43,706 nt of DNA, from the IMG/VR virus record IMGVR_UViG_3300049792_000050, positions 1-43,706 of that record. One strand, given 5' to 3'. Origin of the DNA: a virus (lineage: Duplodnaviria; Caudoviricetes). A program made the translations under genes and the position numbers. Below are positions 24,879 through 32,176 of this stretch, in pieces (the stretch's first letter is position 1; every line of letters starts with the position of its first letter). The notes below the pieces were generated by a model that had not been told where the DNA came from, did not search any database, and was given only the letters and a program-made list of their open reading frames with translations.

Positions 24879-26675
24879 CTAGACCTCGGCGTACACGATA
24901 AAACCGCACGCCTGGGTGATGGTCGCCAGCGCCGCGGACAGCTTGTTCCCGGACGTGGTCTCGAACCATCCGAGCGGGTTGAACGGCAGCACGAAGCCTC
25001 CGCCCTGGCGAAGCGTCCAGGCTGCGCCGAACAGCGTCACGTTATCGCGGAACCCGAACGTGCCATCGAGGTTCACGTTCACGACAGCGGCCAGGACGCG
25101 CAGTTTCTTCCCGCCGACGGCGGTAATCACGTCGCCGGTCGCCGTGAGATTCAGGGTCGCGAACTTCGGCGTGAGCGCGGTGAGCCCATTCATAAGTGCG
25201 TCGGTCTGGAGCGCAGCGGCCATCGAGTCCGTGGTCCGCGCCGACGCCGGCGAGCTCGAGACCGCGACCGTGCCGGAGACAGGCTGCGCCACGCCGCCCG
25301 CTACGCCTTCGACTTTGATCCCGCCGCCCGCGGCGAGCGCCGCCGGCATTTGCGGACTGTCGACCGTGAGCGAACCCGCGTTATCTGTCACCGGAACGGG
25401 AGCGGCGACCGACACCGGCTGTGTCACGGCCGAGCCGTCGACCTTGACCGCGCCCGCGGCCGAGACCGCCGCGCGCTGCCCGCGCGTCGTCGCGTCCTCG
25501 AGCGTGAGGACCTGGGCGCGCTTGGAATCAATTCTCGCGGCTGCTGCATCGTTCTCGGTGAGCGCGGTCCCGGCGACTTCGTCGAGGATGAACCCGGCCG
25601 GCTGGACCTTGGTCGTGCCGTCCGTGAACGCGGCGTTGTCGGCGACCGCCAGGGCCGCGACCGTCGCGTCCAGGGCGGCCCCGGTCGGAAGCGCGGAAGC
25701 GCCGACGTCGACGGAGAGCCTTCCGCCAACCAGCGCGGCTGGGAGCTGCGCGCTGTCGACGGTGAGCGACCCGGCCCCGTCGTCGACCGTGAGGCTTCCC
25801 GCGTTGTCGGTGACGGGGACCGCGGCCGCGATGGAGACCGGCTGCGTATCAGCCGGGGTCGTCCCCTTGTAGAACGCGGCGCCGTCGGAAAGCCGGACCG
25901 AAGCCGGGGCGGCCGCGGTGGCGCGGTCGGTCGCAGGGCTCGCCGGGATTTTGTCGGTGCCGGTTTTGATCGCGGCGACCGTCGCCTCGGTGGCCGCCCC
26001 TGCCGGCAGCGCCGAGCTCGAGACCGCGACCGAACCGTCGACCGTCAGGGACCCGCCGCCGTCTCCCACGGGGAGCGGCTTGGCGGCCGAGACGGTGCGC
26101 AGCGTGTCCGCGGCGTCCTCCCAGAGCATCGCCTGGCCGGTGATCGTCGCGTCGGTGTCGCCTTCGGTGTATTCGGTCCCGCCTCCTCCGCCGCCGCCGG
26201 CGACGACCTCGACCTTCACGCCGCCGGCGCCGCCGAGCGCGGCCGGTAGCTGAGGCGTGTCGATCGTCAGGCTGCCGGCGTTGTCGTTGACGGGGACGGC
26301 GGCCGCGATCGAGACCGGCACCGTGCCCGAGATCGCGACCGTCGAGCCCGTCGCGTCGACGTCGAGCGTGGCTCCCAGGGTGGCCAGAATCGAAGCCTGG
26401 GTGGCCTGCGTCGCGGCGCCGGCGGGGAGCGGCAGCGCCGCGGCGAAAATCGGCTGGATGCCCGCGCCGGCGATCGGCCTCACCACGAGCGCCTGCTCGG
26501 TGCCGGCCGGCGTGCTGTCCGTCACCGCCGCGACTTCAGCGAGCAGCTTTCCGGCGACCTGGACGCGCTCGCGCAGCGGCTTGGGAGTTCCCGGGGCGTC
26601 GGTGACGCTCTCATTGTCGAGCTGGGGGCCGGTGTTCGCTGCGTCATCGGGGAGTTTGACCACTGCGTCGGACAT
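24879..26675 (-). CDS. Repetitive fibre-like virion protein (598 aa)
   Basis: GGAG RBS before ATG 26675. Repeats PVS(I/V)AA.VPV.DNAGSLT(I/V)D..Q(L/M)PAAL three times and LP(A/T)GAA..AT three times. Confidence 0.7.
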   Translation of the reverse strand: MSDAVVKLPDDAANTGPQLDNESVTDAPGTPKPLRERVQVAGKLLAEVAAVTDSTPAGTEQALVVRPIAGAGIQPIFAAALPLPAGAATQATQASILATLGATLDVDATGSTVAISGTVPVSIAAAVPVNDNAGSLTIDTPQLPAALGGAGGVKVEVVAGGGGGGGTEYTEGDTDATITGQAMLWEDAADTLRTVSAAKPLPVGDGGGSLTVDGSVAVSSSALPAGAATEATVAAIKTGTDKIPASPATDRATAAAPASVRLSDGAAFYKGTTPADTQPVSIAAAVPVTDNAGSLTVDDGAGSLTVDSAQLPAALVGGRLSVDVGASALPTGAALDATVAALAVADNAAFTDGTTKVQPAGFILDEVAGTALTENDAAAARIDSKRAQVLTLEDATTRGQRAAVSAAGAVKVDGSAVTQPVSVAAPVPVTDNAGSLTVDSPQMPAALAAGGGIKVEGVAGGVAQPVSGTVAVSSSPASARTTDSMAAALQTDALMNGLTALTPKFATLNLTATGDVITAVGGKKLRVLAAVVNVNLDGTFGFRDNVTLFGAAWTLRQGGGFVLPFNPLGWFETTSGNKLSAALATITQACGFIVYAEV

Positions 26676-26752
26676 GCCCGGCTCCTGACTCGATCGCTCG
26701 GCGGAAGAGGTTGCGCTGCGCGCCGCGAGCATCGTCAGGAGGACGCGCGCGA

Positions 26753-26777
26753 GCCATTCGTAATTCTTACGAATGGC
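26753..26777. promoter_or_regulatory. Perfect inverted repeat GCCATTCGTAA-TTC-TTACGAATGGC between the divergent structural operons
   Basis: 11-bp arms; core shared with 23526-23544. Confidence 0.7.
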
Positions 26778-26811
26778 CCGCCCCCGAGCCGGTCGGCACG
26801 ATGCGGCCACC

Positions 26812-27354
26812 ATGTCGATCTCCCTGACCAGGCTCCCCGACGTGATCGACGCCGGAACCTCCATCGTCTATACACGCACCTTCGACGCCTACCCGGCGAG
26901 CGCGGGCTGGGCGCTCACGCTCTACCTGGCGGGTGCTTCGATCGCGAGCGTCGCGGGCGCCGCCAATGGCGACTCCTGGGACGTCACGCTCACGCCGGCC
27001 GCGACCGGGCTCCTGGCTGCTGGTGCCTATACCTGGGTTGAGCGCGTGTCCAAGGCGGCGGAGGCCTACGACGTCGAGCGCGGCACGGTCACCGTGCGGC
27101 CGGACATCGCCACCGCGGGCCCCGGGGCGTTTCAGAGCTGGGAGGAGAAGACGCTGGTCGTGGTCGAGGCCGCGCTCTCAGGCCAACTCACGAGCGGGAT
27201 TGTGAACTACCAAATCCATGGCCGCTCCGTGGGCAAGATTCCGCCCAAGGAGCTCATGGAGATCCGCGCCGCGCTGCGCTCGACGGTCGCCCAGCAGAAG
27301 ATCGGGGGCTTCGGCCGTCCGATCGGCGTGCGCTTCACGCAGGCGGGCCAGTGA
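26812..27354 (+). CDS. Head completion / head-tail adaptor protein with gpW-like C-terminus
   Basis: YPASAGWALTLYL N-terminus and IVNYQIHGRSVGKIPPKELMEIR C-terminus; coupled to the portal gene. Confidence 0.7.
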   Translation: MSISLTRLPDVIDAGTSIVYTRTFDAYPASAGWALTLYLAGASIASVAGAANGDSWDVTLTPAATGLLAAGAYTWVERVSKAAEAYDVERGTVTVRPDIATAGPGAFQSWEEKTLVVVEAALSGQLTSGIVNYQIHGRSVGKIPPKELMEIRAALRSTVAQQKIGGFGRPIGVRFTQAGQ

Positions 27355-28943
27355 GCGAACTCCTCGCCGGCGAGCCGCGGTCCATCGCCGACCGCGCGCA
27401 TTCCCTGAGGCTTCAGCGGATCGCGCGCAGCGGCGAAGTGGTCGCGCGCTCGCAGGACCCGATCGACCGCCACATCGCCGCGCGCGCCGAGGCGCTCCGG
27501 CGCTCGCGCGTGTCCTACCGCGACGCCTACAAAGCCGCAGAGATCAGCCGGCTGACCCTCGACTGGATGGCCGGCAACGACCGGGCCGACCGCGAGGTGA
27601 TGCAGGGCATGCTCAAGCTGCGCGCCCGCGCGCGCGAGCTCTCGCGCAACGCCTCGCCGATCAAGCACTTCCGCCGGCTGCTCGCCATGAACGTCATCGG
27701 GCCCAAGGGCTTCCGGATCAAGACCACCGACAGCGCGCACCGCAAGGGCTGGCAGGCGTTCGCGAAGTCGAAGGTCACGGTCGACGGGCGCCTGACCTAC
27801 AACCAGCTCTCGCGCCTGGCGCTCAAGACCGTGGCCACCGACGGCGAGGCGTTCATCCGCATGCACCGCGGGTTCCCGAACCGCTGGGGCTTCGCGCTCC
27901 AGATGATCGACGCCGACCAGGTGGACGACCGCTACAACCTGCCCCGCGCCAACGGCCGGAACGAAGTGCGCATGGGGATCGAGGTCGATTTCTACGGGCG
28001 GCCCGTCGCCTACCACGTGTTCGAGGATCCCGCTGGCATCCAGCTGGGTCCTGGTCTCAGGAAGCGGATCCCGGCGGATGAGATCGTGCACGTGTACGAC
28101 CCCGAGAGACCAAACCAGACGCGCGGGATCACCTGGTACACGAGTGCGATGTTCCCGCTCAAGATGCTCGAGGGTTACAAGGAGGCCGAGGTCGTCGCCG
28201 CGCGCACCGCCGCGGCGAAGATGGGCTTCTTCACGCCAAGGGATGGGATCACCGGCGAGATGATGGGCGAAACCGGCGTCGACGGCGCCCCGCCATCGAT
28301 GGAGGCCGCGCCTGGCACGTTCGAGGCGCTGCCGCCCGGATACGAATTCCAGGAGTGGAACCCGCAGCATCCCTCGACCGCATTCGACTCGTTCCTGATT
28401 GCCATGATGCGCGACGTCTCCTCCGGCCTCGGCGTTTCCTACAACGCCCTCGCCAACGATCTCGAGCGCACGAGCTACGCCTCGGGCCGCATGGGCATGC
28501 TGATCGACCGCGACATCTACGAAACGATCCAGGAGTGGTGGGTCTCGGACTTTCAGGATCCGATCCACGACGAGTGGGTGATGTTCGCCTCCCTCAAGGG
28601 CGCGCTCGAGACGGGAACGCGGGACGGCAGCAAGTTCAAGGGCGTGCCGTGGATCGGCCGCGGCTGGGACTGGGTCGATCCGCTCAAGGACGTCCAGGCG
28701 AGCTCGCAGGAGATCACGGCCGGCCTCAACTCGCGGACGAGGCTCTCGGCCGCGCGCGGCGAGGAGTTCGAAGAGATCGCCGAGGAGCTCGCGCGCGAGG
28801 AGGAGACCGCGCAGAAGCTGAAGATCGACATCACGCCCAAGGGCGCGGCGTTCGCGCCCGCGGATCCCAACAAGACCGACAGCACCTCCGGCAACGGAAA
28901 CGGCAACGGACGCTCGCGCCTCGGCGCACTGGCGCAGCACTAG
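27351..28943 (+). CDS. Portal protein, lambda family
   Basis: YKAA, LRARARELSRN, DGEAF, LQMIDADQV, MGIEVDFYGRPVAYH, QTRGI, SYASGR, WVDPLKD motifs. Confidence 0.95.
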   Translation: MSELLAGEPRSIADRAHSLRLQRIARSGEVVARSQDPIDRHIAARAEALRRSRVSYRDAYKAAEISRLTLDWMAGNDRADREVMQGMLKLRARARELSRNASPIKHFRRLLAMNVIGPKGFRIKTTDSAHRKGWQAFAKSKVTVDGRLTYNQLSRLALKTVATDGEAFIRMHRGFPNRWGFALQMIDADQVDDRYNLPRANGRNEVRMGIEVDFYGRPVAYHVFEDPAGIQLGPGLRKRIPADEIVHVYDPERPNQTRGITWYTSAMFPLKMLEGYKEAEVVAARTAAAKMGFFTPRDGITGEMMGETGVDGAPPSMEAAPGTFEALPPGYEFQEWNPQHPSTAFDSFLIAMMRDVSSGLGVSYNALANDLERTSYASGRMGMLIDRDIYETIQEWWVSDFQDPIHDEWVMFASLKGALETGTRDGSKFKGVPWIGRGWDWVDPLKDVQASSQEITAGLNSRTRLSAARGEEFEEIAEELAREEETAQKLKIDITPKGAAFAPADPNKTDSTSGNGNGNGRSRLGALAQH

Positions 28944-28958
28944 CCCAAGGACACCACC

Positions 28959-29066
28959 ATGACCCTCAGTCTCGGATCCTTCATTGCGGCATTCGTGTTC
29001 GGACTCGGAGCGGCGCTCGGCTGGACCCTGATGATGGGGCTGATCGGGCTCTTGAAGCGCAGCTAG
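28959..29066 (+). CDS. Small hydrophobic membrane peptide (35 aa; not in the ORF track)
   Basis: AAGGA RBS; MTLSLGSFIAAFVFGLGAALGWTLMMGLIGLLKRS. Confidence 0.65.
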   Translation: MTLSLGSFIAAFVFGLGAALGWTLMMGLIGLLKRS

Positions 29067-29081
29067 CCCGGAGGTTCGTCA

Positions 29082-29360
29082 ATGGATGGAGCATCGACTA
29101 ATGGCGGCAACACGGCAGCAAAGCTCCTCTGGTGGATCATGGGCGGCATGGGCGCGGTCCTGGTCGCGCTGTTGATGGCGCAATACCAGCAGACCGGGTC
29201 GCTGGTCGCGCGGGTCGCCGTGCTCGAAACCGAGATGCGCGACGCGCGCGCGGACATCAAGGAGACGAAGCAAAGCCTGCTCGATCCGAGCGACGAGCAG
29301 CTGCGGCGCTGGCGCCGCGACGCTGCGCAGCAGGCCGCCGGGGGCGGCGGTAGTCCATGA
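29082..29360 (+). CDS. Single-TM protein with coiled coil
   Basis: GGAGG RBS; LLWWIMGGMGAVLVALLMA, then RVAVLETEMRDARADIKETK. Confidence 0.7.
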   Translation: MDGASTNGGNTAAKLLWWIMGGMGAVLVALLMAQYQQTGSLVARVAVLETEMRDARADIKETKQSLLDPSDEQLRRWRRDAAQQAAGGGGSP

Positions 29361-30109
29361 ACGACGACCGCAAAGCCGCCGCGACGTTTCTGCTCTTCGT
29401 GGCCGCGGTGATCGCCGCGTTCGTCTGGGTCGGGCCATGCGCAAGGCCGGCGCGCTCGAACCCGGTCGAGCGGATCACCGCGCGCGTGCGCATCGTTCAG
29501 GACGGCCGCGCGGGGTTCTTCCACGCCGGCGGGACCATCGAGACGGTCGAGTACTTCCCCGGCTCAGGCTACGCGGTGCGCACGGACTCGGCGACGCTGT
29601 GGGTCCAGATCGATGGGCGGATCCAGGAGCCGGCCGAGTCCACCGAGGCGAACGGCGCGGACTTCGGTTCCCCGGCGCTCGACGCGAACGGAGACGGAAC
29701 CTACGAATGGCTCGGCAAGGTCGAGGGGCTCGAAACCTACCGCGCGAAGCAGCCGCGCGAGCCTGGCATCGCGGGCGACACCGTTTCCGTCGGCGAACTC
29801 TCCGGGAAGATCTTCCGCGACGCCGGTGCGTTCGTGCGCGTCACCTACCAGAACTTCATCCCGGTCGACGTCACCGCCTGGGGAACCGAATCCCTTCCCT
29901 ACCCTGACGCCGATGGGCTCAGGGCCGACGACGGCGCAAATCTCTACGCGACCGCCGACTCGACGCAGTTCGGGTTCAGCGCGCAAACGCGCGTGGCCGG
30001 ACTGCGGTACGTGCTGCGGACCCTCGGCGCCTGGACGGCCGGGCCCGACCGATGGATGCGCCTCGAGGTCACGCGGGATGTGGCCGCGCTCGACGCGTTG
30101 CAACCCTGA
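29357..30109 (+). CDS. Exported or membrane-anchored hypothetical protein
   Basis: N-terminal hydrophobic segment; DANGDG Ca-binding-type loop; ATGA coupling. Confidence 0.7.
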   Translation: MNDDRKAAATFLLFVAAVIAAFVWVGPCARPARSNPVERITARVRIVQDGRAGFFHAGGTIETVEYFPGSGYAVRTDSATLWVQIDGRIQEPAESTEANGADFGSPALDANGDGTYEWLGKVEGLETYRAKQPREPGIAGDTVSVGELSGKIFRDAGAFVRVTYQNFIPVDVTAWGTESLPYPDADGLRADDGANLYATADSTQFGFSAQTRVAGLRYVLRTLGAWTAGPDRWMRLEVTRDVAALDALQP

Positions 30110-30127
30110 CTCAAGGAGGTACCCACG

Positions 30128-30997
30128 ATGAAGTTCAGCTTCAGTCACGAACCCGCGGCATGGATCGGCGCGATTTCGGCGGTCCTGACGCTCCTGGTCG
30201 CGTTCAACATCAAGCTCGAGCCCAATCAGCGCGACGCGATCATCGCGGTCGCTGGTGCCATCTTCGGCCTCGCATTCATAACGCGCAGCCAGGTCGTGCC
30301 GAACGTGAAGGTTATCACCTCCGTGGACGGCCCTGGGCCGGCCGCGAAGTCTCAGGGCGGCCCGGGCGTCACGAAGATCCTCGTGGCCGGCCTGCTCGGA
30401 GCGACTCTTCTGGCCGGCGCCGCGCAGGCACAACCCACGCATACCGTGATCCGTAACGGCGTGGCCACGACAGAGCCGGACTCGTCCGTGTTCGGGTGGT
30501 GGCGGCTCGGGGGATCGGTCTCGGCCCAGGCCGCGGCACTCGAGGGTGCGGACGGACAACGGTTCACGGCCTTCCTGCCCGGCGCGGGCCTGTCCTACTC
30601 GTGGACGGACGAGCTCTCCACTTCTGCAAACGTCGAGGGCGAACCCTCGAGCCAGCTCGGATGGGCCTCCGTTGGCGCGCGCCTGCGCACCTACAAGAGC
30701 ACCGGAGAAACGCCTCTCTCGGTCTACGTGGGAGTCGATTACGTCTGGGCGAACAAGAAGGCGCGCGAGCGACTCGGGCTCATCTCGGATCGCCACACCG
30801 AGCTCTCGATCCGGATGGCGGCGCCGGTCGTGCGCCGCAAGCCCAGGCCCGATGAGGAGCAGGGCTCGACCGCCGTCTTCGTGATCGCTTCGACGCGCTG
30901 GTCCCCCGATGAGCGCATCACGGTCGAAGGCCTCGAGCGCCGGCGTGCGCCTGAATACGCCATTGGACTGCGCGCCGGCGTCTTCGGCGGCCGCTAG
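30128..30997 (+). CDS. Holin-like N-terminal domain fused to a putative outer-membrane beta-barrel
   Basis: AAGGAGG RBS; EPAAWIGAISAVLTLLVAF..LEPNQRDAIIAVAGAIFGLAFITRSQVVP (2 TM); internal signal-like KILVAGLLGATLLAGAAQA|Q; about 8 amphipathic strands ending YAIGLRAGVF. Confidence 0.65.
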   Translation: MKFSFSHEPAAWIGAISAVLTLLVAFNIKLEPNQRDAIIAVAGAIFGLAFITRSQVVPNVKVITSVDGPGPAAKSQGGPGVTKILVAGLLGATLLAGAAQAQPTHTVIRNGVATTEPDSSVFGWWRLGGSVSAQAAALEGADGQRFTAFLPGAGLSYSWTDELSTSANVEGEPSSQLGWASVGARLRTYKSTGETPLSVYVGVDYVWANKKARERLGLISDRHTELSIRMAAPVVRRKPRPDEEQGSTAVFVIASTRWSPDERITVEGLERRRAPEYAIGLRAGVFGGR

Positions 30998-31030
30998 AGA
31001 TTCACATCCACGGGCAACGAGGAGGAGACA

Positions 31031-31300
31031 ATGTCGAACGACAGAGTTGCCAAGACCATCGCGGACTTCGAGGCCGCGATCGCGTTCATGCGCGAGAAGG
31101 CCGACGACACGCTGATCGCGGTGGAGAAGGCGAACCCGACCCTCAGCGAGACGGAGCTGTTCCAGAAGTACGAGGCGGAAGTGCGCGTGGGGCTCTCGTC
31201 CGTGAGCCTCGGCGTGGTGTCCCTCGCCGCGGAGCGAAGCTTCCTCGAGCTCCGCCGCGGGCGCTCCGGTTACAACCGCGACCACCTGGGCGGCGGGTAG
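31031..31300 (+). CDS. Hypothetical helical protein (89 aa)
   Basis: GAGGAGGAG RBS before ATG. Confidence 0.7.
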   Translation: MSNDRVAKTIADFEAAIAFMREKADDTLIAVEKANPTLSETELFQKYEAEVRVGLSSVSLGVVSLAAERSFLELRRGRSGYNRDHLGGG

Positions 31301-31311
31301 GCCAGCCCGGG

Positions 31312-31917
31312 GTGGTCGCCGGATTCGTCGCATTCATCCTGGTCCTAGCCGCGGGCTACGCGCTCGCGAAGATCAGGTGGCCCCGCTGGAAGGAGACAGG
31401 CATGTCTGAGGAGCAGATGCGAGGCGGACGTAGGGGCGTGAAGCCAGGGCAGAACGACTGGCGGATCGAGCAGCAGCTGATGGAGCTGCTGTGCAAGGCG
31501 CTCGAAACGCAGGAGCGCATCGTCGCCCTGCTGTGCCGATGCGAAGGCGCCGGCGGCAAGCGGAGAATGAACACGGCAATCAACATCATCCTCGAACAAA
31601 GGAGCACAGCAATGCGCAACGACCCGATCAAGCTACTCCCGACCGAGAAGGTTCTGCTCTCCTCGACCCCGATCAAGGACGGCGCGGACGACACGAGCGT
31701 GGACATCTCGTGGTCCAGCTCCGATCCCTCCGTCGGGATCGAGGAGCAGGAAGATGGCCGCTCGGCCTACGTGACCACTCCGCTCGACGCGGGCTCCGGC
31801 GAGATCACAGCGTCGGCGCCGGGGTACGAGGACGAGATCTTCCCGGTGAGCTACGCGGCGCCTGTGCCGGGCAAGCTCAACGTGACCGTCGGCGTTCCCG
31901 TTTCCGACGCGCCGTAG
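31312..31917 (+). CDS. Protein with N-terminal TM, helical middle and C-terminal Ig-like domain (alternative starts at 31402 and 31612)
   Basis: ISWSSSDPSV...GSGEITASA is a Big_2-type Ig pattern; AAGGAG RBSs precede two internal ATGs. Confidence 0.65.
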   Translation: MVAGFVAFILVLAAGYALAKIRWPRWKETGMSEEQMRGGRRGVKPGQNDWRIEQQLMELLCKALETQERIVALLCRCEGAGGKRRMNTAINIILEQRSTAMRNDPIKLLPTEKVLLSSTPIKDGADDTSVDISWSSSDPSVGIEEQEDGRSAYVTTPLDAGSGEITASAPGYEDEIFPVSYAAPVPGKLNVTVGVPVSDAP

Positions 31918-32053
31918 ACACAGGAGACGAAGCGGATCCGGGATGGGCCGGCGGAGCGCGGCGCGGAGGTCCTTGCGGGGGTTACCGAAGCGCGAGCGGC
32001 CGCCGGTCTGTTCGGTCGAACACGGAGAGGAACGTGAAACCGGAGGTTGAGCC

Positions 32054-32176
32054 ATGGCAAACGCTGCAGTGATCGCAGCCGCAGAAGATCCCAAGATCAA
32101 GGACGCGCGCACGCGCGAGCTGGTCCGCCAGGCCGGGGCCAACGACGATTTCGACTTTCCGCAGCAGGGGGACTAG
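32054..32176 (+). CDS. Small hypothetical protein (40 aa; not in the ORF track)
   Basis: GGAGG RBS; MANAAVIAAAEDPKIKDARTRELVRQAGANDDFDFPQQGD; its TAG abuts the protease ATG. Confidence 0.6.
   Translation: MANAAVIAAAEDPKIKDARTRELVRQAGANDDFDFPQQGD

Noticed and set aside
24879-26675. Internal repeats as a CRISPR array or diversity-generating retroelement TR/VR pair
   Set aside because: The repeats are in-frame, degenerate protein repeats without spacers, and no reverse transcriptase or cas gene was recognised in the window.
31918-32053. Paired intergenic segment upstream of the protease as a riboswitch or ribozyme
   Set aside because: A GC stem is present (GGGCCGGCGG / CCGCCGGTCT), but I recognised no conserved riboswitch or ribozyme core.
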